A DNA stretch of 64,000 bases, taken from IMG/VR virus record IMGVR_UViG_3300048861_000178, positions 1 through 64,000 of that record. One strand, 5' to 3'. How positions within the stretch are numbered: the first letter of the stretch is position 1; each line of letters starts with the position of its first letter. The DNA comes from a virus (lineage: Duplodnaviria; Caudoviricetes). The notes under the pieces were generated by a model. The model did not search any database. It saw only the letters and a program-made list of their open reading frames with translations, and was not told where the DNA came from. Made by a program: the position numbers and the translations under genes. This document shows, in pieces, positions 17,353 through 26,297 of the stretch.

Positions 17353-17666
17353 GCTGATAGACCCTGATGTTTGTTGTAACGCCAATTATAAAACACCGCC
17401 ATCACAATCCACAGGCCGTTCACAGCCGTCAGCGCAATGGCTGCCGCAAAGCTGTAGACCTGGTGCAACGACGGGTAATACACCACATTGAACATGCCCC
17501 AGCCAAAAAAGAATAGGGCTGTAAAAATCGATCCTCCTACGAATCGCTTGGCCTGGTAGAGCCGGTAACAGTCCAGCGTCCGAAGCCCCGCCCCCGCGAG
17601 TTCCAGACAGGCATTGCACTGATCCAGTGGCAGACTACGCAGCCATTCCAACAACATTTGTAGCAT
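17349..17666 (-). CDS. small 3-TM membrane protein, PQ-loop/SemiSWEET-like
   Basis: Three hydrophobic helices; pattern RLYQAK..VGGS...FFFGWGMFNVVYYP; GGAG RBS. Confidence 0.65.
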   Translation of the reverse strand: MLQMLLEWLRSLPLDQCNACLELAGAGLRTLDCYRLYQAKRFVGGSIFTALFFFGWGMFNVVYYPSLHQVYSFAAAIALTAVNGLWIVMAVFYNWRYNKHQGLSA

Positions 17667-17684
17667 GTTCGCTCCGGCGGCTTC

Positions 17685-17693
17685 ATTTCTATG
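17685..17693 (+). promoter_or_regulatory. late-promoter-like motif (ATTTCTATG)
   Basis: TATG core of the phiKZ late consensus upstream of a structural operon; same extended context recurs at six other sites. Confidence 0.45.
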
Positions 17694-17761
17694 ACATTCA
17701 CGTCAGAAGATGGCCGCCTTCGGTATTTTCTGATTATTGATGAAATCACCCTAGGGAAATC

Positions 17762-19075
17762 ATGAAGAGTCAATCTCAACTTTTGACGGTCAAAAATCAG
17801 GCCGCGCTCGAGATGATCGAGTTCCAGGACGACAGCCTGCACAAGGAGCTCACTGCCATCTACGAGGCAATGAAAAAGCTCGACACCAAGGCCATGGCGG
17901 CCTCCAAAGAAGCCATTGCGATCGAAGACTTGCTCTTCAAGCGCACCGGCATCAAGGTCAAGTTCACGATGGACGACGGTGGCGCTTACTGCCTGCCGCC
18001 TACGGTCGACAAGAACAATCCGCTGATTCACAACGTGTATCGCGAATGGTACACCAACGCCCCCTCGCTCAAGATGATCGAAAAAGCAGGTGGGGCGATC
18101 CGCGGATCGGTGAACCTGGCCAAGAGCACGGTCTCAGGCGTATTCAGCGAGATGGAGTGTCTCGTCAATATGTCGGACTGGTGGGTCTCGGGCAAGTTCG
18201 CGGGCGGCGGCTTTACCGCTGCTGAACTCTCGGCGATTACCCTGCATGAGCTCGGCCATCTCTTCACGGGCTTCGAATACCTGTGGCACTCGGTCACCAC
18301 CAACCAGGTGCTCGCCGGAGTAGCCAAGGGTCTGGACGAAAGTACCGACGTGGGTGATCGTGAACTCGTTCTCATCTCGGCAGCTCGCGCACTGAACCTG
18401 GACGAGACCGCCATGAAGGAGCTGGCGCAAACCGCAGGTGGCAAAACAGCCACGGTGGTGATCATCCAGGAAATCACCAAGAACGCCCGTTCGGAAATCG
18501 GCTCGGAGCTCTACGACTTCAACAACTGGGAACAGCTCGCTGACCAGTTCGCCGCACGCCACGGCGCTCAGCGTGACCTCATCACGTCGCTGGACAAGGT
18601 CCATCACTTGGTGGGTGACATATCGGTGCGCTCCACTGGCATGTACGTGATGCTGGAATCCATCAAGGTGCTGATGCTGCTGGGTACGCTCTGGATGGCG
18701 GTGACGCCGCTGGTCGGTGCTATCCTGGTGCCGGTCTTCTTCCTCTGGGCTTGGATCTGTGCCGATGGTCCGGGTGACCCCATCTACGATCGACCGGGTG
18801 TGCGTCTGAAGCGCATTCGCGATCAGCTCGTCGAACAACTCAAAGACCGCGACCTCGCCAAGGAACTGGCTGTGCGCATCAAGGAAGACATCGTCGCGGT
18901 GGACAAGCTCCTCGCTACGGTGAAGGATCGCTTCCAGCTCTTTGACATCCTCGGCAACTTCCTCTCGGGCGAGAAGCGCAATCGTCTGAAGCAAGAGAAG
19001 CTCCAGCAAGAACTGGAAACCCTCGCTGCCAATGACTTGTTTGTCAAGTCAGCGGAACTCAAGGCACTGTTTTAA
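17762..19075 (+). CDS. virion/head protein with a zincin metallopeptidase motif (phiKZ gp84 region)
   Basis: LHELGH at 18242-18259, downstream EQLADQFA, a hydrophobic hairpin, and an N-terminal AALE cleavage-like site. Confidence 0.75.
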   Translation: MKSQSQLLTVKNQAALEMIEFQDDSLHKELTAIYEAMKKLDTKAMAASKEAIAIEDLLFKRTGIKVKFTMDDGGAYCLPPTVDKNNPLIHNVYREWYTNAPSLKMIEKAGGAIRGSVNLAKSTVSGVFSEMECLVNMSDWWVSGKFAGGGFTAAELSAITLHELGHLFTGFEYLWHSVTTNQVLAGVAKGLDESTDVGDRELVLISAARALNLDETAMKELAQTAGGKTATVVIIQEITKNARSEIGSELYDFNNWEQLADQFAARHGAQRDLITSLDKVHHLVGDISVRSTGMYVMLESIKVLMLLGTLWMAVTPLVGAILVPVFFLWAWICADGPGDPIYDRPGVRLKRIRDQLVEQLKDRDLAKELAVRIKEDIVAVDKLLATVKDRFQLFDILGNFLSGEKRNRLKQEKLQQELETLAANDLFVKSAELKALF

Positions 19076-19099
19076 CCCTCTGTCATTGGACTGAATAAC

Positions 19100-19555
19100 A
19101 TGGACATCAAGTTTCTGGGCTTCTCCCGCTACGCCGACACCTACATCAAGGACCCGAGCGAGCGTGGCAAGATTATCGGCGCCGCCGTCGGTATCGCGAT
19201 TGCCAACAAGCTGAGCCTGCCGTCGCTCGCGCTCGAAGTCGAACCGAGCAACTACTTCCTCACCCAAGTGGCACTGGGTGCGTCGAACTACATCGCCGAC
19301 TTCAACGAAGAAGTGGTGTTCGACACGCGCTACTGCCGTGAAGCCATGCGCGCTTTCTGGTTGCTGCGTTACTCGGCGGCCTATCCGGGCCTGCAGTACA
19401 ACGTGGAAGCCAAGCTCGGCTTCGTCGATTGCTGGGTAGGTGCCACGCTCTGGCTGGCGGACGACATGCACCAGTTCGTCAACGACCACAAGGACGAGAT
19501 CTTCAATCTCGTGCGCGAAGCGATGACCATCATCTCGGTGACGGAGCACGCGTAA
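19100..19555 (+). CDS. hypothetical virion protein
   Basis: 151 aa, strong codon bias, inside the structural operon. Confidence 0.75.
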   Translation: MDIKFLGFSRYADTYIKDPSERGKIIGAAVGIAIANKLSLPSLALEVEPSNYFLTQVALGASNYIADFNEEVVFDTRYCREAMRAFWLLRYSAAYPGLQYNVEAKLGFVDCWVGATLWLADDMHQFVNDHKDEIFNLVREAMTIISVTEHA

Positions 19556-21072
19556 TGGACCTGTCGGAATTCGGCCTCAATCACGGGGTCGAACTCGACG
19601 AAGAAGCAACGCTTGGCGATGACACCATCGAGGTGAAGTCTTTGCCTGAGGTGAGTGTCATGGATGAGCTCACCGCACATGACATCTTTAAGGAAGTCGT
19701 GCCGGGCGAAGTGCCCGAGCTCAAAGACGACCTGAGGATCATCGCAGCGGACTCCGCCTGCCTTGAAGATCTCCAGTACGTACTCGCCGACCTGAAAAAG
19801 GTCGGCGGTATGAACCAGTCTTTGGCGCAGGAAGCCAAGCGTCTTTACCCCGAGTTCGACGGCAATAAGCATCTGAACTATTACAGCAAGTCGACTACCC
19901 TCACGCGCTACAAGCCCGCGATGGAGTCGCTGTGGGATAAGCTTAAGAGCACCTTCGCCGATCTCATTCGACGGATTCGCGAAATGATCCGTCGCTTTGT
20001 GCTCTGGATCGTAGGTTCGCGGGACCCGAATGAAAAGCTCATGAGTAAGTCCAATGAGCAGATCATGGCGGAAGTCAGCCAGTCCGCGAAGAACCAGGAG
20101 TACCGCACTGACGAGATCGTCAAGGATCTGGAAGAGCTCAAGAACCTCGCCACGGCTGCGGTAAAGGAAATCAAGCGCGGCGTCGACCTGAAAGACCAGC
20201 ACGGCCAGACCCAGCACGTCAGTGACTTCGATAAGCTGGTGGCGCACTATCTGTACGACACCGAAGCCAGTGACGAAGTGCGTCAGTTCATGGAAGGTCG
20301 CAATCCGATCTTTCACGACATCGTCGATAGCGGCCCGTGGTCCCAAGCCACCGAAGCGCTGGTTGACACCATGGAGCAAGCGCTCTCGGTGATGAACCAG
20401 AAAGCCACTGCACTCTCGGGCGTGTTGGCCAATAAGGGTTCGACCTCCTTTGCTGATCAGCTCGTCGCCGGTCGCACGCTGGATGTATTGAACCAACGTG
20501 TGCAAGTGAGCTTTCAGGGTCGCCAGATGAGCTTGCAGGATGTGGCCTCGAACTATAACCACATCTACCTGCAAGCCAGCGAGGGTGAGCCGCACTTGGC
20601 GCTCTCCTTTGAGATGGTGTTTGCTTCGATGGCTCAGGCCCTCTCCACCGGGCCGACCAAGAAGCTGATTGAAACCGGCCGGGATGTAGCCTTCCGGTTG
20701 CTCACCATCGAAAAGTGGCTGGATCTGCTCGAAGTCGGCATTGGCAATATCTTGACCGATGGCGCAGAAGACATGCCCGAGCATTCAATGGCCTCGGAAA
20801 TGCGCGAAGCACTGGACTCGGTGCGGCAGGATGTGCGGGATCTTTCGATGATTGCCAACCGCATGAATGCGTACCGTTCCATCGTGGAAACCATGGCGGC
20901 ACGCGTGACCGGTTTTGCTTATCGGCTCGCGGTGGCGATCTATCGTGACCTCGAAGTGTCCTCGCATGACAGCAAGGCTCCAGAAGCCATCCAGGCGCTC
21001 GCTAAGCAGGCTGATCGCATGCGGCAACGCCATGCTGCCAGTACGGTGAAGAACCTCTTCAAAGCCTCGTAA
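19555..21072 (+). CDS. internal head protein (propeptide, A-M-E site, amphipathic helix)
   Basis: TAATG overlap start; PAMESLWDKLKSTFADLIRRIREMIRRF resembles phiKZ inner-head paralogs. Confidence 0.75.
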   Translation: MDLSEFGLNHGVELDEEATLGDDTIEVKSLPEVSVMDELTAHDIFKEVVPGEVPELKDDLRIIAADSACLEDLQYVLADLKKVGGMNQSLAQEAKRLYPEFDGNKHLNYYSKSTTLTRYKPAMESLWDKLKSTFADLIRRIREMIRRFVLWIVGSRDPNEKLMSKSNEQIMAEVSQSAKNQEYRTDEIVKDLEELKNLATAAVKEIKRGVDLKDQHGQTQHVSDFDKLVAHYLYDTEASDEVRQFMEGRNPIFHDIVDSGPWSQATEALVDTMEQALSVMNQKATALSGVLANKGSTSFADQLVAGRTLDVLNQRVQVSFQGRQMSLQDVASNYNHIYLQASEGEPHLALSFEMVFASMAQALSTGPTKKLIETGRDVAFRLLTIEKWLDLLEVGIGNILTDGAEDMPEHSMASEMREALDSVRQDVRDLSMIANRMNAYRSIVETMAARVTGFAYRLAVAIYRDLEVSSHDSKAPEAIQALAKQADRMRQRHAASTVKNLFKAS

Positions 21073-21078
21073 ACGCGT

Positions 21079-21112
21079 CATAGAGCCCAGGGGGAAACCC
21101 CTGGGCTCTATG
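21079..21112. terminator. perfect 15-bp GAAA-tetraloop hairpin at a convergent junction
   Basis: CATAGAGCCCAGGGG-GAAA-CCCCTGGGCTCTATG. Confidence 0.8.
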
Positions 21113-21115
21113 CCG

Positions 21116-21400
21116 TTAACACCAGACGATCTTGTTCTCCCACACCCAGTAGTGCGACTTGCAAGGCATCTGGAAGTTACCAATGGACGGATGCAACGTC
21201 ACGCGATTTTCTGCGTCTCGTGTGTAGGTCCAACCGCGATCGTTCGGGAAGTCTTTGAACGGCGTCACGGTCTTTTGCTTGCACCATCCGCACGCACACA
21301 GATGGATCGCCAGCTCGTACTCCTCTGACACATACAGCACCCCCTGCTCCAGCTCAGGGGGCATCTGTGTCACGAATACTGGTTTGAGTTCCGTATCCAT
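21116..21400 (-). CDS. DUF6527-like Cys/His protein
   Basis: Motifs LEQGVLYVS, HLCACGWC, TLHPSIGN...CKSHYWV....IVWC. Confidence 0.75.
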   Translation of the reverse strand: MDTELKPVFVTQMPPELEQGVLYVSEEYELAIHLCACGWCKQKTVTPFKDFPNDRGWTYTRDAENRVTLHPSIGNFQMPCKSHYWVWENKIVWC

Positions 21401-21445
21401 GTTAGCTCAGTTGGTGTTGGATGAAGGCAAAGATTAAATCAAACA

Positions 21446-21453
21446 TATATCAC
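21446..21453 (+). promoter_or_regulatory. early-promoter-like TATATCAC
   Basis: One mismatch to TATATTAC, AT-rich context, upstream of the GIY-YIG gene. Confidence 0.5.
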
Positions 21454-21487
21454 CAATGTAGGAGTGAGAATAAATTCTGAGGTAGCA

Positions 21488-22153
21488 ATGAAAATCCCTG
21501 AAGCACTTTTGAAGAATGCAACAGAATGGCGTCCCCTGATTGAATACGATCCAGTTTCTCGGATACGTGTCCCCTATACCACCCGCGGTCTAACTGATCT
21601 TTATCCGTGCGTTTACGTACTCAAACAGAGGACAACTGGCGAATACTACATTGGAAGTACCGGTAAAGCAACTACGCGAATTAAAGCACATGCTTCGTAT
21701 CTTCAAGGAAACCTAAGCCACAGTGTCAAGTTGCAGACGTCATTCAATCGAGACAAAGACTTCGAGTTCATGGTCATCTTCACAGAATCACGAGAAGAAG
21801 CTTATGAGTTCGAACAACTACTTCTTGACATGAATCGACATGATCCTCTTCTACTTAACGAGAGTATTGATGTAAAGAGACCAGGGCTGGGCCGTAAGCT
21901 CTCGCCTGAGCAGATTGCGGCCATGCAGCGAGGACAGAAGACAGAATCTGGACTAAGTAACAGACGTGCCTGGACAGACTCTCCCCAGTACTCTCAGAAG
22001 GCAAGGGAGCAGTTCTCTAAGCCTGCCGTAATTGATGGGGTTCAATACCCTTCAGCGACAGCAGCCGGGCTTGCTTTAGGTGTTCACAAGAACACGGTAA
22101 TACATCGTCTAAAAAGTGATAACCCAAAGTTCAAAGACTGGAACTGGCTCTAG
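21488..22153 (+). mobile_element. free-standing GIY-YIG homing endonuclease gene
   Basis: CVYVLKQ...YYIGST...RIKAH, EEAYEFEQ, LLN; C-terminal NUMOD1-like HTH; lower GC than flanks. Confidence 0.85.
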
Positions 22154-22155
22154 GC

Positions 22156-22205
22156 GACATAAGCCCTCCCCTTGCGGGGAGGGTGTTATGACCGTCTTTT
22201 TTTTT
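22156..22205. terminator. terminator at a convergent junction
   Basis: CATAA-GCCCTCCCC-TTGC-GGGGAGGGT-GTTATGACC followed by a T-run; near copy of 15080-15135. Confidence 0.8.
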
Positions 22206-22208
22206 GGT

Positions 22209-25118
22209 TTAAGAGAGCGCGTGCTGAATAAACACGACGGTGCAGTCTTCCTGTACAATCAGACTGTTATCCGACTGGGCAAAGAGACGCTTACGGATGC
22301 TCAACTTATTCGACGCATCAATCACGGTCATCACCGAGATCGAAGCCGAGCCACCCAGACCCGAGACTTCACAGTCAATCACATCCTCGCCGTAGATCTT
22401 CATCAGCGCTACCTTCAGCGCCGAATCAGCAACGGTCGCATTCTCCAGCTGCGCCGAGATCGTACTGATCGTGGTCTTGACCAGTTGATTCTGCAGATCG
22501 CTGTTGCTGTAGACCGAAGCCGGAACGTAGAGCGTGACCTTAAACGACTGACCGGCCGCGACGGTGGTTTTCAAGCCCCCGTTGATCATCACGTTGATGT
22601 TACCCGTGGTCGCTTTCGGATAGAAGTAGATGCGGGTCTGTTCCAGCAACTTCGCCTGGAAGCTCACCAAGTCTTCCGTCAGCCAGGCGAGCACCGTATC
22701 CACCAGCTCAGTGCGGTAGCCCGTGGCAATCGCATCAGTCGCGAACCAGTACACACCTTCAAGCAACATCAGGTCAATCTGACGCAGGGTGTCTTGCGTA
22801 CCGATTGGAATCGGCTTGCCATCCACGTCTCGCATCACATCACCTGCCGCATGCAGCAAGACTTGCTGGCCCGTGGCCGGATTAATCACCGGGTCGCCTG
22901 CATGGTGGAGGATGTTCTGCACCACCTGACCATTGACGATCGTCACTGCCGGGTCGCCATACACGTCGTTCGTGTAGTAGGAGAGCACATCCATCGGCCA
23001 GGTCCGATAGGTGACTGCATCATTTACCGTGCGTGTCGAAGCCCAGAGCGTGGTCAGCGACGAGCCGAACTTCACCCGGACTTGCTCGTGCGTCACGCCC
23101 ACTGCCGTCGCAGGCAAGAGGAACATGCCGAGCATCGCATCAATCTCACCTGGCTTCCACTGCGTATCCATCACCGCGTCCGCCGCGTACAGAATGTCGA
23201 ACGTTTGCGTGAGACTACAGGCGGTGAGCATCGGATCGGTCGTGTACATCAGGAACTTCTTCAACTGCAACATGTCGTTGGAGTCGACATTGAAGTTCGA
23301 CGACAGATCAAACGAGAAGGTCCGCTCGTTGGTGCTGGTGTTGGTGCCCACCAGGGTACCCATCAGGTAAGCATAGCCGCTCTCGCCTTCCGGGATGTAA
23401 GCCAGCTGCACATACACCTTGTCATCCGCCAGGGCCTTCCAGCCATCATTGGACGACGTGCTGATCGTCAGCGTATAGCCCGAACCATCCGCGTTCTTGG
23501 TGATCTGGTAGCTCTTGGTGCTCACCTGCAAGAGCGTCGTGTCATTCTCCGAAACGAAGAAGGTCGTGTCCGCCACCGGCGCATCCAGATAGTACGGACG
23601 CACTTCAAACTCCGGCCCCGTATTATCCAGCACGTAATGCCAGGGCGAATAGAAGTACTGGCCTTTGGTGACTGCCAGTGCCCGTTGATCGGGCGGCAGC
23701 GCCAGCAAGGCCTTCACGGCAGCAGTAGGCACCGCACTCACCACGCCACTGGTGCTCTGGTAGATGGTGTCCGGTGTGATCGTGAGCGAGTTGCCGTTAT
23801 TGATCACCGACTCGAGCGTGGTCAGCGCTGTGAGCGTCGTCGAGAGCGTCTCGATCGAAGCCGCTGCCGACGTAATCAAAGCCGGGTTGGTCGGGTCCGG
23901 CATGGCGCGCGTAGCCAAGAACACCCGGTTGGTGATGTTGTCCACGTTCTCGACCACATCGTAGCCGATGTTCTGCAAGGCGGCTTGTACCTGCACGTTG
24001 GTGATCGGCAGGTTTTGCGCACCGGTCGAATTCGTCATCACGCGCTGGCGCAACTGACTGAACGTCAAGCCGTTATTGCCATCCACGGTCCGATCATTGG
24101 ACCAGATCGCCAGCTGGTTAAAGCCCTTCAGCGGTGCCGAGAAGTTCGTCGGCAGATTGTCGTTCGCATCGATCGCCAGCCAGTTCGCCGAATAGGCGCT
24201 TTGCGGATACGACGACAGATCCATGTTGATGTCGCCCTTGGTCTGATACAGGTCCACCCGCACCGACGTCTTCACCTGACCGCTGGTGATATAGATCTGC
24301 GGGATCGTGACCGTGAGCGTCTGGTTCACCACTTGCAGGACTGCGGTCGGCGTGGTCGGATCGTAGACCTCGATCGAATGCGTCGTGACCATCTCGGTCC
24401 AGGTGCCGTCGCTATTTTCCGCCCACACACGCGCGTAGTAAAACTGATCGCTAAAGCTGATCGTGGTCTGCCACTTGGTGGCAAGCGACACCCCTTGCTG
24501 CGTGGAGAGGATATTGAACTGGTACAGCGGCACATCAAAGAAGAGCCAGTTCGTACCATTGACCGTACGGATTTCCCAGTCGATCACATTGGAGGTCAGT
24601 TCCTGCAACGGCGACGCCTGGCTGCCATCGTACGTCACATTCAGACCACCGTGTTGCATCTGGCGAATCACGATCGGGTACTGCAGACTAAACTGCACGC
24701 CCGAAATCATCACCACGGTGTTGCGCGGGATCACGATCTGCGACACCCCGGTGGTCGGATCGGTCACCAGTTTGGAGATCAACTCATCCTTATCGAAGAT
24801 GAAGGAAAACATTGCCACCGAGGGGGCGGCAAAGCGGTTGATGTAGTCCCAGTCCGACATGTGGTAATACAGGTCTTCCGGGGTTTGCGCCAATTGCGGA
24901 TACTGGCGCCGCGTATTGGTATCGCTCTTGCTCATCATGCCCGCGGTGCACACGGTCGCTGACTCCAGCCCGAACACAAACGGGTTGGACGGATCGACGA
25001 TGTTGACCCCACCACTGGTGACTACGTCCAGATGGTCCAGAATGTCCTGCTGAATCAACGCAGGGTTATTCTGGTAGTTCTGCATGTTCGAGAGCAATGC
25101 GCTGATGGTTGCAGCCAT
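22209..25118 (-). CDS. virion structural protein, baseplate-like (phiKZ gp87-like)
   Basis: 969 aa; DPSNPFVFGLE, YPQLAQT.EDLY.HMSD, DNITNRVFLA blocks; synteny (from memory). Confidence 0.8.
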   Translation of the reverse strand: MAATISALLSNMQNYQNNPALIQQDILDHLDVVTSGGVNIVDPSNPFVFGLESATVCTAGMMSKSDTNTRRQYPQLAQTPEDLYYHMSDWDYINRFAAPSVAMFSFIFDKDELISKLVTDPTTGVSQIVIPRNTVVMISGVQFSLQYPIVIRQMQHGGLNVTYDGSQASPLQELTSNVIDWEIRTVNGTNWLFFDVPLYQFNILSTQQGVSLATKWQTTISFSDQFYYARVWAENSDGTWTEMVTTHSIEVYDPTTPTAVLQVVNQTLTVTIPQIYITSGQVKTSVRVDLYQTKGDINMDLSSYPQSAYSANWLAIDANDNLPTNFSAPLKGFNQLAIWSNDRTVDGNNGLTFSQLRQRVMTNSTGAQNLPITNVQVQAALQNIGYDVVENVDNITNRVFLATRAMPDPTNPALITSAAASIETLSTTLTALTTLESVINNGNSLTITPDTIYQSTSGVVSAVPTAAVKALLALPPDQRALAVTKGQYFYSPWHYVLDNTGPEFEVRPYYLDAPVADTTFFVSENDTTLLQVSTKSYQITKNADGSGYTLTISTSSNDGWKALADDKVYVQLAYIPEGESGYAYLMGTLVGTNTSTNERTFSFDLSSNFNVDSNDMLQLKKFLMYTTDPMLTACSLTQTFDILYAADAVMDTQWKPGEIDAMLGMFLLPATAVGVTHEQVRVKFGSSLTTLWASTRTVNDAVTYRTWPMDVLSYYTNDVYGDPAVTIVNGQVVQNILHHAGDPVINPATGQQVLLHAAGDVMRDVDGKPIPIGTQDTLRQIDLMLLEGVYWFATDAIATGYRTELVDTVLAWLTEDLVSFQAKLLEQTRIYFYPKATTGNINVMINGGLKTTVAAGQSFKVTLYVPASVYSNSDLQNQLVKTTISTISAQLENATVADSALKVALMKIYGEDVIDCEVSGLGGSASISVMTVIDASNKLSIRKRLFAQSDNSLIVQEDCTVVFIQHALS

Positions 25119-25129
25119 GTTCTATTCCT

Positions 25130-26266
25130 TTAGCTCGTCGGGGAAGCGAGGCGTTGAATCAACCCCTGCTGGTAATTCAGTGTCGGCAGCATGCGCCCGT
25201 AAGTGGTCTTATCGACCCACCATTGCAGCTCGTAGGTGACCGGGTCGATGCGCGGATAGCCGGTGTGGTTAAAGAGCTCCACCTCGTTAAGCTGCAGCAG
25301 CCGATAATTCGGATTGGTCGTATTCTGACCGTAGCCCGAGAAGTTATTCGGGTGCATGTTGTTGTTGTGCAGCGCCTGCGTCCGGTTGAATTCGTCAATC
25401 AGGATGTCGTCGTTGTACATGGCCCCAGCACAGCGGAAGGTCACGCTGATTTGATCCATGTTCTTATTCAACGGTTGATCCGACTCGAAGTTAAACTTCG
25501 CCCCAATCGGACAGGTCACCGGAAAGCCTGCTCCGCACGCCGCGATGGCTTGCACCCGCCGCTTATCCGGGTCCATCACCAGGCGGTAAATCCGAGTCTG
25601 GTAATCGATCTCGTTATTGATCAGCATGTCCGGGTACGGCACGATCTCACCGAGGTAGACGTAGGACTCGTAAAAGAGCCACGACAACATCATCAGCGTG
25701 ACCGGATCGCCCGGTAGGTTCCGGAAATTGGCGGTTATATCGTATGTCTCATACCTGTCGACCACGCTATCCACGATGCTGAAGGACTCCTTGTATATGC
25801 CTTCATGCGCGGTGAATGTCTGGGCTTCCAGGTCCGGCCACCCGGACATGGACAGGAGGGTGTTCGAGAGAATTGGTATGAACGCTTGTTGTCGGTCCAC
25901 CAGCGAACACGTCACAGGCGTGTCTGCCCAGGCGAGCTCGGGATCAAGCGTGCAGCGCACGGCGCGTTGCCAGCTGTAATCCTGCTGCGAGAGCAGCGGA
26001 CCAAAGCGACGCTGTGTCCGAAGGTTCTCATCAGTCATGTTCATGCGGGGACGCGTAAAGAACGTATACCCGTAATGGTCACGATTGCTGAGGATCGCCG
26101 GAGGTTGTTGCCGATGGTTCAGCCCGAACACGGTGTTACCAATGGCTGTATCAAACGAGCCTGCCGGTCCAAGTTGGAAAACTCGATCGACCATATCGGA
26201 AACGGATTGACCAGTTGCGGCCGCCGTCAGGATGTCGTCTACAGTTATGTTGTATGGATCAGCCAT
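25130..26266 (-). CDS. virion structural protein (phiKZ gp88-like)
   Basis: GYTFFTRPRMNM, FIPILSN, IDYQTRIYRL; synteny (from memory). Confidence 0.8.
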   Translation of the reverse strand: MADPYNITVDDILTAAATGQSVSDMVDRVFQLGPAGSFDTAIGNTVFGLNHRQQPPAILSNRDHYGYTFFTRPRMNMTDENLRTQRRFGPLLSQQDYSWQRAVRCTLDPELAWADTPVTCSLVDRQQAFIPILSNTLLSMSGWPDLEAQTFTAHEGIYKESFSIVDSVVDRYETYDITANFRNLPGDPVTLMMLSWLFYESYVYLGEIVPYPDMLINNEIDYQTRIYRLVMDPDKRRVQAIAACGAGFPVTCPIGAKFNFESDQPLNKNMDQISVTFRCAGAMYNDDILIDEFNRTQALHNNNMHPNNFSGYGQNTTNPNYRLLQLNEVELFNHTGYPRIDPVTYELQWWVDKTTYGRMLPTLNYQQGLIQRLASPTS

Positions 26267-26297
26267 TTGAAAACCTTAATCTGAAAGAAGGAAAATC

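Noticed and set aside
22116-24962. 948-aa ORF on + (and similar long ORFs at 2422-3726, 7080-8591, 26259-28322, 29035-31395, 31389-33131, 32923-34218)
   Set aside because: Antisense shadows of strongly codon-biased real genes; R/H/V-rich composition, no RBS, no recognisable motifs
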